Notes under the pieces: model-generated
Told to the model about the DNA's origin: nothing
The model's database searches: none
What the model saw: only the letters and a program-made list of their open reading frames with translations
NCBI GenBank assembly: GCA_002269645.1
Contig: NIVC01000532.1
Location: 62,001 to 126,000 of the forward strand
DNA from: Macrostomum lignano
Lineage: Eukaryota
DNA: 64,000 nt
Direction of reading: 5' to 3'
Translations under genes and position numbers: made by a program
Shown: positions 1 to 34,400 of the stretch, piece after piece
Numbering within the stretch: position 1 is the stretch's first letter
Layout of the letters: each line of letters starts with the position of its first letter

Positions 1-385
1 AAAATCTAGGGTTGAAAGGTCGGTTGCCATGGAAACCAAGCATATGGCTTTTTTTAGCTCGGTTGCTATAGAAACCGAGTAGATGGCTTTTAGCTACCCT
101 TGTATAGCTCGGTTGCTATGGAAACAGAGTTTATGGCTTCTAGCTACTCTTGTATAGTGTATGGCTCTGTTGCCATGGAAACCAAGTAGATAGCTTTTAG
201 CTACCCTTGTATAGCTCGGTTGCTATGGAAACCGAGTAGATGGCTTTTAGCTACCCTTGTATAGCTCGGTTGCTATGGAAACAGAGTTTATGGCTTCTAG
301 CTACTATTTTATAGTGTATGGCTCTGTTGCCATGGAAACAAGGTAGATGGCTTTTAGCCTTTGTATTGCTCGATTGCTATGGAAA
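1..385. repeat. Degenerate tandem repeat (modules such as tagatggcttttagctacccttgtatagctcggttgctatggaaac)
   Basis: Recurrent gctcggttgctatggaaac and atggcttttagctac modules; intronic to the GPCR gene. Confidence 0.85.
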
Positions 386-585
386 CTAAATTGTACGTCT
401 TACTTCGTTTGTTACACTTACGTTCGTTTTTGTCTATTGGCTTTTTTAGATATCCCTTATAAATTAGTTCTATTAGTTTTATCTAATCCCTTAGATAGAA
501 TTAATATTACTTCTAAGTTTTCGCTGAATGGCCTATACATGTAGTTGTCATGGAAAGCAATTAAACGCCTCAACACGCATCGCAG

Positions 586-6775
<6,190 letters not shown>

Positions 6776-7920
6776 TTGCTATTGAATATTTCTTGTAAAA
6801 ATGTTTGCACTGCACTACTCGTACGCTTTGAAAGTCAGTAACAAGTAATGTATTTTGGCTTAAAATCCTAATTATCGTTTGATAAAATCTTTATACAAAA
6901 TGTATATTTTTATAACCTGGCTTTTCTTTGCTGCCCGCACCACCCCATTTTCTCTATTGCGAGTATAACAAATTAGTATAACTTATTTTTGGGCAAGTTA
7001 TGTTGAATTTAAGATACTAATAGCAATGATTCTATTTTATCTTTTCGACTAACTTAATTTCTAAAATGTTAATTCCCTCACACTCACCACTTATATTGAT
7101 TATGCTACTGCTGCTGAATTCACCTGTGATATGTTTAAGCAATTCAAGCAGGTTTTTTGAAAGTTCAATTAAATATGATTTTTAACTCTCTCGATCACGC
7201 CAGCCTTGACGGTTGATATTAAAGATATTCAGATCGGTACAAAATTCATTGACAATGGTGTGCTCAAAATTGATTACAAATTTATTTTTTTACAGTCAAA
7301 GAGAGATCTAATTGAGCAGGTAAAGAGGTAAGTGACACCCCAATTTATTAGACCCTTCTTTGAGTCAATAGTGAAATTAAACTCAAGTAGTGCAAATGCC
7401 AATAGAAACCGATGGACAAAATACCAGCTGTAATAATGAATGTAAAAAGCTTCATCATCTACACGAATGAGCGATCTTTGAAGTCTTTTGAATCTTTTGA
7501 AAACAAAAAATCCTAATTGGGGATATCGGAATCAAGTTTTCCCCACACGAGGGGCGAGTGTACCTACTCCTCTACTAAATTTCGGTTTTGAATAGGACTG
7601 CAAAAAGTACAAAGTTCTATAATTAATAAAAATGAGCAGTACGAGCTTCACGCTACTGAATAAAGGACCTTGGCGAGTAGTATAGCAGCAGAGATTTATT
7701 GTTAGAAAGCAGAAAAATAAAACGCATTTTATCACGCATCGTTGCAGCGCACTATTATTGGCAATGAAGTGAACTCATGGACAGCCGAAGCAAAGTGTGT
7801 TTGTTAGAGATAATTCGTCTATGGCGTAAATCCCATTGATCGAAATCCATTGAGAAAACTTGGCTGTGCTTTGAGTGTTGGCACTTTTATGTTATGCTTT
7901 TTTCTAGCTAGTAATAAAAA

Positions 7921-8112
7921 TAATAATTGGTTTCACCTGCCCTAATGGGCAGATGTGGAACCGACTGCTCAGCCGCAGCTATTGCGCGGCGCATCTGAAT
8001 CGAAGGCTGCCTACGGCAGTTCAGTCCAATGACTGGGGGTCGCCACACCCACCCTCAATTACCCCAGCTACAGCTGGATGAACTGAAGCAATGCAGAGTT
8101 AAGTGTCTTGCT
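7921..8112 (-). mobile_element. 5'-truncated copy of the tRNA-derived CORE-type SINE at 23137
   Basis: Reverse complement aligns by eye to ~23225-23435 (cacctgccctaatgggcagatgtg..ccgcagctattgcgcggcgcatct..gtcgccacac..ccctcaattacccc). Confidence 0.85.
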
Positions 8113-8220
8113 ATCTCCTATCTCCGGCCTCGAAATAAAAACTTGAACGATTTGTGAGTGCAAGCGCTCTCCCACTTGAGCTGTCCAAGAGTGAATACCA
8201 GCTGTACAAGCTCACTCTCC

Positions 8221-8715
8221 TCAGTCAGAATAGTTCATGTAGTACTGCAGCACCAGCAGGGCCGCCACCAGCTCCGCCACGGTGAACATCAGGGCGATAA
8301 CGAACAGCTTCTCGACTCGAGTAGCCCACAGGGACGCCTCCGCTGTGGAGCCGCCCTGCAGCCTGTAGGCCCTGCGGCAGCGCAAGAGAGCCACGAGAAC
8401 CATCAGGCCGATAGGCGGGGCCAGCAGCAGCGCCAGCACGGTCAGGCAGCGCAGCCGGTGCAGCCGCTCCGCTGTCACGGGACTCCGCTTCGGGTCGCGG
8501 TCCTCTGGCCTGCCGGACCGGGGACTCAGCACTCGCTGTCCGCCAACTGAGTCTGTTACTATGACAACCTCGGCATCAGACCGACCGCCCGAGGTTGTGT
8601 AGTACAGAACGGGCACCGATGTTTGTTCCGCTCGACTAGTCGAAGGCGGCCCGCTGACCGCTGGCAGCTCCTCGTTGCCGACCAGCCCGGCGCGACCTTC
8701 CTCTGTCTTGGGCAT
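8221..8715 (-). CDS. Single-exon CD225/dispanin-like (IFITM/PRRT-like) membrane protein, likely start MPKTEE
   Basis: Disordered N-terminus, then two hydrophobic segments around a basic loop (LTVLALLLAPPIGLMVLVALLRCRRAYRLQGGSTAEASLWATRVEKLFVIALMF), the CD225 layout; motif match is loose. Confidence 0.6.
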   Translation of the reverse strand: MPKTEEGRAGLVGNEELPAVSGPPSTSRAEQTSVPVLYYTTSGGRSDAEVVIVTDSVGGQRVLSPRSGRPEDRDPKRSPVTAERLHRLRCLTVLALLLAPPIGLMVLVALLRCRRAYRLQGGSTAEASLWATRVEKLFVIALMFTVAELVAALLVLQYYMNYSD

Positions 8716-8910
8716 TTTGCTCGAGGCAGCTCTCAACGGTTGAGCGAATAAAAATCGTGCAACGCCCTGCCTGCCCCACATGCGCGGCTGTCGATCTGCT
8801 CCTTTTTAAAGCAGTATTTGGGGGTTGGGGCAGAGGCGAGAGAAGGAGAGGCCAGGGTTAGACTCGGAATCGCACTTTGCCATATTTGTCTTCTCATTTG
8901 CCTTTCTTAA

Positions 8911-8915
<5 letters not shown>

Positions 8916-8992
<77 letters not shown>
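8916..8992. repeat. (CT)n microsatellite
   Basis: Directly visible. Confidence 0.98.
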
Positions 8993-8996
<4 letters not shown>

Positions 8997-9509
8997 GTCT
9001 TCTGGTCGCGTTCTCTTGCCCATTGCAGTTGCAGCTCAAGCAAGCCAATTGAACTAATGTACGCACAAGGCGCACAATAGGGGCATAAAGAGAGCAGAAC
9101 TTTGCTGTCCACACCGAAATTAGCATATTTTATTTATTATTATTCTGACGAACTGCACGCACAACTCGGTCGGTCAGTATTTTAATTAGGCCAACCGCTT
9201 CTCGGCAGGGGCCGGAGGGTAGAAACACAGAAATGCGAAAAGATCTGTACAATTTATTTCAGGCAACAATATAAGCATTATAGGTTAATAGCTACTACTG
9301 TAAGTAAATAGAAATAAAATTAAAGATGGAGAAAGACGAAGAGTTATAAAACTATTAATAAAGCGGATTAATTTTCGATAGAGACTCCTGATAGTAATGT
9401 AGCATGCTGAGAAAGTTACATTTATTAAGGGCTAGACATAAAACTGACATAAAAACTCTTTCGAGGGACCTGATTAGGTTGGAAATCCATTATCTCATAT
9501 CTTGGAAAC

Positions 9510-10020
9510 CCATCACCCAATACCTTGGAAACCCAGCATCCCACACCTTAGAAACCCTGCATCCCACACCTTAGAAACCCAGCATCCCACACCTTAGAAA
9601 CCCTGCATCCCACACCTTAGAAACCCTGCATCCCACACCTTAGAAACCCAGTATCCCACACCTTAGAAACCCAGTATCCCACACCTTAGAAACCCAGCAT
9701 CCCACACCTTAGAAACCCAGCATCCCACACCTTGGAAACCCAACATCCCACACCTTAGAAACCCTGCATCCCACACCTTAGAAACCCAGCATCCCACACC
9801 TTAGAAACCCTGCATCCCACACCTTAGAAACCCTGCATCCCACACCTTAGAAACCCAGTATCCCACACCTTAGAAACCCAGTATCCCACACCTTAGAAAC
9901 CCAGCATCCCACACCTTAGAAACCCAGCATCCCACACCTTAGAAACCCAGCATCCCACACCTTGGAAACCCAACATCCCATACCCAGGAAACCTACGATT
10001 TCATACCTTGGAAACCCAGC
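9510..10020. repeat. 23-24-bp minisatellite (catcccacaccttagaaacccag)
   Basis: About 20 copies. Confidence 0.95.
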
Positions 10021-10109
10021 ATCCCATGAAAACCATGGAAAACCCACAATTTCATAGCTTGAAAAGCCCGTCAGGCAGTTTCAGCAAGTCAGCGGAAGCG
10101 TTGACCTTC

Positions 10110-18234
<8,125 letters not shown>

Positions 18235-19935
18235 GCATGCGATTGAATCGGCTGAAATCAATCAAATATGATTATGGAATTGGATAGAGTTCTGAATCTA
18301 TTCTCCCTATCGAATGCAACGAAAATGTTCCGTTCACTGCCTAATTTGAAGCATCATCAGAATATCCAATTTTAGCCATAGACAAAAGCCCAAATAAAAC
18401 TTACTGTGATTGGAAGCAAACATTTTTTGATAAGTCAGGTATTTAATACAAGACACGGCCAACCATATTCAACCCATGCTTCGATTGTCTATGGCCAAAA
18501 CCGTTTATGGGGAGAAGTCTGCAACTGCAATTGTGATCAAACTGTCAGACCTCATGTGTGCTCAATCAGATGTTTTCACAGGCCAAAAAGCGGGGCAGGA
18601 AGCGCTCTTGGCAACCGCGATGACATCCACGCCTGACTCCTGGTGGACTCCCCAGCTCCACTTGCACGGCGGGCATGACTTGTCTCTGTGTCTTGAATTC
18701 AATGCTGTGCCTGCTTCACAGACCATTTATTGTGTTTTGACCATAGACGAATGCAGATGCATGGGTTGGACCATAGACACTTATGACACTTATTGTGCCT
18801 TTATAGTGAACCTACCGCACAACATTGCACACAAGACCCAAATGAATGTGACCCAGGAGGTCGTGGCATGAGTCAGACGCGCTCGCCACCTACAAAACCT
18901 ACATTTGTATGCCACATGTCTTAGCACTCGAACCAGATGTACTTATATTGCTTGCTATAGTTAAATAGCCAAATAATAATAAGCAAAAATCAATGTGTTT
19001 ATTTATTCGCTTGTTAATTGTTTAAAAATTTAATAGGAAATAAAAAGGTGAGCGCAAAGCAAATACGCAAATATCTGATTGGCGGCTGTGCGCATAAATA
19101 GTACGTGTATTTTTTAAAGAATCTGAAAACTTTAAAGTAATATATATACGAGTTGTTTGCTCATCATTTATTTCATCGAGCGGCAGGCGGCCAAAGGGGT
19201 TAACAAAGGTCTCAACTTCTCTACGCGATAATGATAATACAAATTGAGTAAAGTTAGTTTTTATCGAGATCTGATATAGAAAGGAAGTGATAAATGGGAT
19301 AAAACTAATTATTTCACTGTGTACACTGCGGTTATAAGTTTCGCAAAAACTGAATCTACTACTTAAATTAGTAGTATAACGCACACTGCGAAATCGTACC
19401 AGAAAGTAGCAGCTTGTTTCTTTAACGTATAAAAAAGGAACAAACAAAAGAAGCAACGAAAAAAGGATTGAAATTGAGAGGGAAATTTAAATAAAACTAA
19501 TATGGCAGATACGGGACGACAAACAATAGACTGTAGTTCTATGATGTCGCATAACAAAGTAAATGTTGTACTTTACAAATACGATTTAGCCATACTAAAA
19601 AGTACATTACCAATTGTACTTTAATGATTTCGCAAAAGTATATAATATTGAATACATTGTGTCTTTAGGAAATGGATTAAAAGTACATCGTTCACTACTG
19701 TGAGGATATGCTTTTGAAGTATATCATGCCCTTTAAGAGTCGCATAAAAAGTACATAACCCATTGTACGAGTAATATAATGATTTCGCATAAAGTACAAA
19801 ATAATTTGTGCCTTCAAGAGGTTTAAAAGTACATCGTGCACTACTTTGAGGATATCGTTGAAAAGTACATCATAAACTGAACTTGATGATGTGTGGTTCG
19901 AAGGTTAAAAAATCAAATCGATATCGGCGAAATCT

Positions 19936-20232
19936 TCAATCGTCGTCATCGTCGGGCACGAAGATGTCGTTCTCTTCTAGGAAGGCGGCGCCCTCCTTGC
20001 TCAGAGTGGCGCCAATGAATAGAGACGGTACAATTACAATGATAGCGCGCAGGCCGCCAAGGCGCATGCGCATTGGCCGGCCGTGCAGGGCGCCGCACTC
20101 AGTGTAAGCGCCTGCGGTGCCGTCGTAACAGCGGACTGGCCCTGTCTGCGAGTAGCCCTGCTGGCGCGGAGCTTGCAACGAGAATGTGCGGCGCAGTAAC
20201 AGGAACAGGGGCCGCATGGCGTGACCAGGCAT
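19936..20232 (-). CDS. SMDT1: Essential MCU regulator, mitochondrial (EMRE); start at 20232 or 20217
   Basis: GALHGRPMRMRLGGLRAIIVIVPSLFIGATLSKEGAAFLEENDIFVPDDDDD matches the EMRE TM helix and acidic tail; Arg-rich targeting-like N-terminus. Confidence 0.92.
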   Translation of the reverse strand: MPGHAMRPLFLLLRRTFSLQAPRQQGYSQTGPVRCYDGTAGAYTECGALHGRPMRMRLGGLRAIIVIVPSLFIGATLSKEGAAFLEENDIFVPDDDDD

Positions 20233-20311
20233 GAAATTGGGGATTTGGGATTGTATCATTTTGGTTGGATTAAGTAGTCTGGGAAATAAATAATTGGGAG
20301 TTTGGCTAGAG

Positions 20312-20889
<578 letters not shown>

Positions 20890-21404
20890 GGCTAGATTAA
20901 CCTACACAAAATATTACAGTAAAACACTAACGCAAGAGTGCTTTGGCAATTCCATAAATTGAAAATGGTAAATATTTATTAGGCAAATTTATATCAGTAA
21001 TAATGATTAGAATGTTCTCACAGATCCGCAGCACTTCTGAACGGCAATGACAGACAGACAGACAATCAATGAAGATTCTTGTACATTGCGATGTCGCGAG
21101 ATAGAAAATGCAGTCTATGCAAGTAACCGAACGCATTCACATTGAAACAGGTATATACTGTATGCATTGTACAGAAAGACTAATTATTATTTAGCAAAAC
21201 TTTAATCGCCCTCTGAAAATCACACAACAGCCGATATGTATCGAAATAATTATAACAAAGAGTAATTAGAAATATAACAACTTGATTATACCACGTTCCA
21301 GGTAGGTTTGTTTATTGAAATTGCTTTGCTAGACTGCTTTAGTTGAGAGTTGTAGCGAAAGCAATAAGCACGAATAATAGACCATATCAGGTTTCCAGCC
21401 CCAT

Positions 21405-21615
21405 CCCGATGAAAACGGTACCAAGGCCAAGAAGTGCCCTGCAGGTAACACAGGTAAAATAAGAAAGAAGTGTTTTGCGTCTAAAGCGCACCTGCGTCAC
21501 TTAATGAATTAGAAACGCATTTCGCATTTCTAAAAACTCCATTTAGTCTACTTGAGTTAGTAGACTGTTAAGCGCTAACACAACGACTCTCTTGGACGAT
21601 GCACACGTGACTTAA
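21405..21615 (+). repeat. Unclassified dispersed repeat, copy 1
   Basis: gatgaaaacggtacc..caggtaaaata..ctgcgtcact..actccatttagtctacttgag..gcgctaacacaacgactct recurs at 36838-37280. Confidence 0.8.
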
Positions 21616-21828
21616 CAGTTGCATACCTGTCGCATTACAGTTGTTGAGTCAATAGAGATCACAAGAATAGCCCCAGAGTCGCTGGAGTCACTAGTGAGTC
21701 ATTTACAGTGGCTCTTTAGCGATTATTGTCACTGACGCTTTTGACGGGTAAGTGTCTGCACCCTGGGTGTCAGTAGTAGTCATGCGACTACTCACTAGCT
21801 TATCGGGATTAGATGAATTCGAAGAATT

Positions 21829-26823
<4,995 letters not shown>

Positions 26824-28942
26824 GGTAGCTGTGCGCTCGGTTATAGTGCAAAATTACACTAATAAGTAAGAATAAATAAAAACACGCATTAAGAGACAAG
26901 TTCAGCCCATTTGCGTGTACAGTAGCCGCCTCTGTAGTCAGCTGAAAAAGCGCGGTAAGTTGATACGGTCATTACAATAAAAATCGGTCAATAGTGCATT
27001 TTCACTATAAGTCGATAGTGAAATATTTTAGATATGGGTGGTCTCCCACTCCTATGGCTCTATGTCTACTTCGAGTATTACTGTGAGAGCCAAATAACTA
27101 AGACGGCGGATTCAACTGACTTTTCCTGATGATGCAACTACTTGATGGTAACTTACAGACCGTTGTATGTGATGGTCACAATCTCGAGATGTTATCTTAC
27201 AAAAATATAAGGTCTACAGGTGGTATTCCAAATAAGAAGCTTGTTCGATTAAGTTATAATGGGTTCTTGTTGTTTGGGTGAACCGAAGGTTCAGTCCATT
27301 GTGGAGAAAGGGTTGTTTGTCAATTCAACTTCAGTGGGTCAAGTTATTAGCTCGTAGATAGCTGACAGAAGCTAATAGAGGCAGGGGCGAGACAGGCAAA
27401 AGGAGGGCAAAGGCGGGAGAGCTTCTTGCTTGGTTAACAGGGGTTTTTATAGTACTTTTCGGTCTTGATCGCATTGGGTGGTACATAACTACTTTTCATT
27501 GGTTGAGGTCGTGTCCTCAGCTTTTGCTAGTTGGAACGCATTCATTGGTTGGAAATACATTCAAACTAGATTGAAGCTTTCAGGGCCAAAATGTATCACT
27601 TTAATAGTGAGTTTGTATTTTAAAAGTACACGTTACTTTAAAATTACACATGTACTTAAAATACACATGTTACCTCTTAAAAGTACTTATGTACCTTTAC
27701 AAGTACGCATGTACTTCACACGCCCCTTTAAAGTGTACATGTACTTATTATGAATTCATAAGACGAACGCACACTTTCAAGAGAACACTCCATTTACAAG
27801 TGCATGTCCACTTTAAAATTATATATAGATCTCTTAAAAGTACAATTGCTTTCAACTATGGATATTCTCACTAAGTCGTTATCTACGCTGCATGAAAAAG
27901 GCAAAAAACAAACAATGAGGCAACCAGTTAAAGATAGTTGTCAACGATATACTATATATTTAAATTGTTAATAATTCGCTCGTAGTTAAATAAAAGAGCA
28001 AAAAATATCCGAATCACTGACTCTCGGCACTCGTCTACTGACAAATCGATAAAATAGTGAATATTTAGTAGCGAGAAAACCTATACTGGTCCAAAATAAA
28101 ATGCGTACAAAAATATTTGCTCAAGCCGCGTAATAAAAAACTATTCGCATCTCTCAACAATGCTTGTTACTAATAGTAGCACGATGCAACCGATGGGATC
28201 AACAAAATTAAATAGGAGTTGGAAAAATGATTTGTCAAAAAGATTATAGCGCTTGCTATCATTGCACTCGGGCAAATCTTTTGAAATGATTGTTTAATTA
28301 ACTAGAATTTGCAGCTGACTTGGCAGTAATAGTAGTATTAATAATAGGTGATAGTAATTACAAAATCTGAATAATAATATTACGAGTCCGCGTAGAAAAA
28401 AACTGACCAAATTTAATGCAGATTACATTGCCGACTATAACTAAAGAAGCGGGAACTAACTAAAATAAAACTGGCAGCTAATAATTAGTTAAACCGTAAA
28501 ACATATTCATCGCCAAGTCTTAAAGGACACTTGAAACCATTGATCCATTTTTCTTAGATTTATAGCGATACTGAGTGCGCAAGTTTAAATCAAGGCTTTT
28601 TGACGCTTACAGCAACAATATCTTACAGCAAGGAGGGAATGACAGGCGACAGAGGCCGACATTTCCTCTATCCTACCTCCCCTCTCCCATCTCCTATTTC
28701 CCCTCTCTTATCTCTTCTCTCCCATTTCCCATCTCCTATATTTTCTCTCCCATCCCCCCTCTCTCATTTCCCCTTTCCTATCTCTCTAGCGAGAATGGCA
28801 GCGTAACGCTAACGCACACAAGCCTGGAAATCGGCACGATGAGCTACTGGTATTGGTTTATATTAGAAATGGATTTTGGGGAACAACATTCTGTTTTTAT
28901 AAATATTAGTCCTTATTTTTGCTGATGGATTTAATAATCGAC

Positions 28943-30744
<1,802 letters not shown>

Positions 30745-31464
30745 TTAATTATTTATTATTGAATATTTTCAACTAGCTCGTTCGTATGACTTGTCGTCGG
30801 TCTAGCAAGACTGTAGCTGCAAACGGCGAGAGACGTCACAGTTAATTAAATATTTGCGAATAACATTTCCGGAATAACATTAACTCTCTCCTTAGTCCTT
30901 TCTGTCCTCTCATTGGCTGAGCTAGATTGGGCTTGCCCCCTCGACTAAGTTTCGCCCTTCTTGCGTTCACTTGAGTACATCGAGTTAAATACTTGTTGTT
31001 CATTCTTAACCCCATATGCTCCTGAGGCAGCAAACCCCGTAGAAGGAAAGGAAATTTCAGCTGCCACACATTAAATTTAAGTGACACTGCAAAGACAAAC
31101 TAAATAAACAGTAGACGCTCTACTTTTTCAAAGCTGTAAAGTGGCATATTTAGTTATTCTAGTATCTGTGATGTAACATTCAGAGGACGCAAAAAATCCT
31201 CCAAAAACGCAAAACAAAAAACCCGCATCTTAGGATATCAATATGCACACAGACACACATATACTCGTGTATATATAGAACTAGATAAGCAGATTATAAC
31301 ACAGACAGGGCTACCGCAACCAGTTAAACTCATTAGCTAATGAGAACAAAACGTAAATAGCACAACAGCAGAAGTCATAAATATGATGGGATTTAATCAA
31401 TCACAACTATTCAAGCAACACAATGGATTGATTAGACAGACGGACAGGCTATAACAGCAACAGT

Positions 31465-34400
31465 TCACTTCTTAGCGGAAGCAGATTTCCAAGCTTTGCC
31501 GAGCTCCACAATCCGAGGAAAAATGGCATCAATTTCTGCTGAAGCAGTTTCGTCTCGTTTAGCTCGTCGAACTACCAATTCCTGGGCAGATTGAAGCAGT
31601 TCGCCAGCGTTCGGATCGCGAAGCCGATTATTTGAGCGCAGATAGTTGATTAGCTGGGGCACTGCTCGGCCAGGGGCGTGCACAGGCAGGCCGGTACAGG
31701 CCTGGACCAGTAGGGAGACAGTCACCAGCAGGGTGAGCTCGGGTTCGGCAGAGTCGAGCGAGTCAACCAGGCGGGCGGCGGTTTCGGCGCAGAGCGTCTT
31801 CTCCGCTTTCTTGTCGGCCGGCTTTAGAAGGAGGCCGAGACGGTTGCACATGCCGTCCACGTGGGAGTGGATCTGCAGCGGCAGTGGCAGTGTGGGACAG
31901 AATTGTAGGGGCAGAAAACGCAGAGGCAGATTCAATGGCTACTTATACAGCCGAGGCTAATAGTGGTAATATTCAATGGCTAATAGTGCTCCATTGGGTA
32001 CTGAGACAGTGGAGAGTAGTATGTATAATTACGAGTATGGATCTGGGAGCACTATTTTAATAAGGGGGTTTAAGTAGTCTAGTGGGGGGGTACTGGGGCA
32101 AAATCACTAACATCACAAAATTCGCATCTCACACCCCCGCTCGCACCATCACATACCATCTCCCATACTCACAACGACACACTCGATGCGAATTTTGTTT
32201 TAAATATTTTTTTTTCCTTTGGTTATTCCGAAGGTATGCAAGTGTAAACACTTCATTTATTATAGTTTAAAAACGATTATTGTGGCAACCGGCCGCGGGG
32301 AGTAGGACTGTTATTTTGAGTTATTATCTGCTAGTTTCTGTTTTTGTTAATTAGTGTGTTTTTGTGTATTGGTGTGTTTTTGTGTATTAGTGTTTTTGCT
32401 GTCTAGAGGGGGGTACTAAAGACTTCAATTGTGTTTCTTAATTGGATCTAATGTAGTACTATGTAGTAGTATGTATAGTTACGTGGATGGAGATGTGGGT
32501 TCTATTTTAATAAGGTGGTTTAAGTGGTCTAGTGGGGGTACTAGGAGGCAAATTATACTCAGTCTAATGACTAACACAGGAATTCAGGGTTTTCTATTAT
32601 ACTCATCATATACCGAAGCGCCAATCTTAGACCCAAACTGGCTACAGCAGGAAAGTGAGTTGCGTACTCATGAAAAGCTTTATTATTTTCAGCACTCCAC
32701 CTCAAGCTCTAATTGAGAGTATAAGAACGATGAAATCTAAAAAAACTAGTCACATCAAATAGACTCTTAGGCACAACTCCATATATCTGTCTTTTATAAG
32801 AACTAAATTTAAACGTATTTATCATGGCTGTATCAAAAGAAGCAAAGATTTCATCTATTGTCGAGATGGCTACTAATTTGTCAAAGAAGAATACGTCGCT
32901 AATTAGTTGTTGTCTTAAAGATTTCTCGGAGAAGGAATTGGAGACCTTTTAAATTAGTTTAGAAAAGTTGGATGGAGTGAGTGAAAAAAAGGTGTAAGTA
33001 AGTTTATATTTCTTAAAAGCTTCGCTTTTATATTGTAGGTTTCAACGAAAATCCTGACGTGGAAGACACAGAATATGCTACTGAGAGCGACACCGAAGTC
33101 CGAGAGGTGCTCGAGAGTGGAAAATGGGTGAAGAAGTAAACAATTTGCATTCTATTTTCCACTTCTACTAAACTGACTATCTTTTTAGTGTATACATGAT
33201 TTTTTCTAAACGTTGAGAAAAATTTATGTGTTCCAAAGTCTTTTTAGTGTATACATGATTTTCTCTAAACGTTGAGAAAAATGCATGTGCTGTTTTACAC
33301 ACAATGCGCCGAGGACAGAGAAAAATGGCCACTCATTAAATAAAAAGCTTCTATAGTGCTCCAGCGGGGCAGGCCATTTGCGCCATCGGGCATAGCCCGC
33401 GAACCATAGGTTCATTCTTTGGATAGAGATTCTCTTGTGTTCGCGACTTATTTATTCTCTATACAAGAAGATTAAGAAAATGAGCTATAAAATAAAACCA
33501 CTCGAGATGCTTGAGTACTAGCTTTGTCTTTTGTGTCTGCGCCTTCATTTTTTTCTGTAACTAAAAATAGACGGGTAAGCCTAGCTTCCCACCCCCGTTT
33601 AACAACAACAACTAAAAATAGACAAAAATGACGCACATTACACACGCATACAATCTGAATAAATTGCAAATAGGAGACTCAGTAGAATACCGGGCCGGTT
33701 GAAGGCCTTTTTGACATAATAGGCAATAAATTTGTTAATTTAAAAATTATTCATATTGATATTGCCGCTACGAGTGCCAATCTCTGTATCAACATAATTC
33801 TTATCGACTACTCTGAGTTGTTGGTATCAAAATCATTTATAATTCTATTGCTATTCATATCCACGGTTCTAGTTGCAGTATTTTGAACATAACGCGAATC
33901 AGAATCAGTTCGACAATAAGAATCCGTTATATCTCTTTTTAAATTAACAGCAGAATCAACTTCAGCTTTGCTATAAGAATCAGTGGTATTTCGTTTTAAA
34001 TTTAATGAATTATTGATTTCAGTTTTGCTATAAGAATCGGCAGTATTCGTTTTAAATTTAAAGAATTATAAAATTTCGGTTTTGGTATAAGAATCTGTTT
34101 CTTTCTAAATCAAATTTGGTATTTAATTCAGATTTTTTATATCCTTTATCTTCATTAATATATCTTGCATCTGCAAATGATACATTTATACCACTTGATT
34201 CACCTTCACTAGCTCGTGCGGTTCCGCTCTATGAGGGTGTTCCAGAAAATACCATTTTAGAGTATATTTTTACTATTTTAAAGTGTATCTAAAATATTTT
34301 GAAATCCACGGGTGTTTCACTCGGGTGTTTCATTTGATTTGTTAATTCGATATAGAGAATATAACGCAGCTTGTCCACAATATTTTTTGTCAAAAGTTTG

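Noticed and set aside
18476-18871. 131-aa ORF upstream of DCLRE1A
   Set aside because: No recognisable motif, splice context or coding bias.
19022-19456. 144-aa minus-strand ORF
   Set aside because: AT-rich, TTG-initiated and downstream of the EMRE stop; most likely UTR or intergenic.
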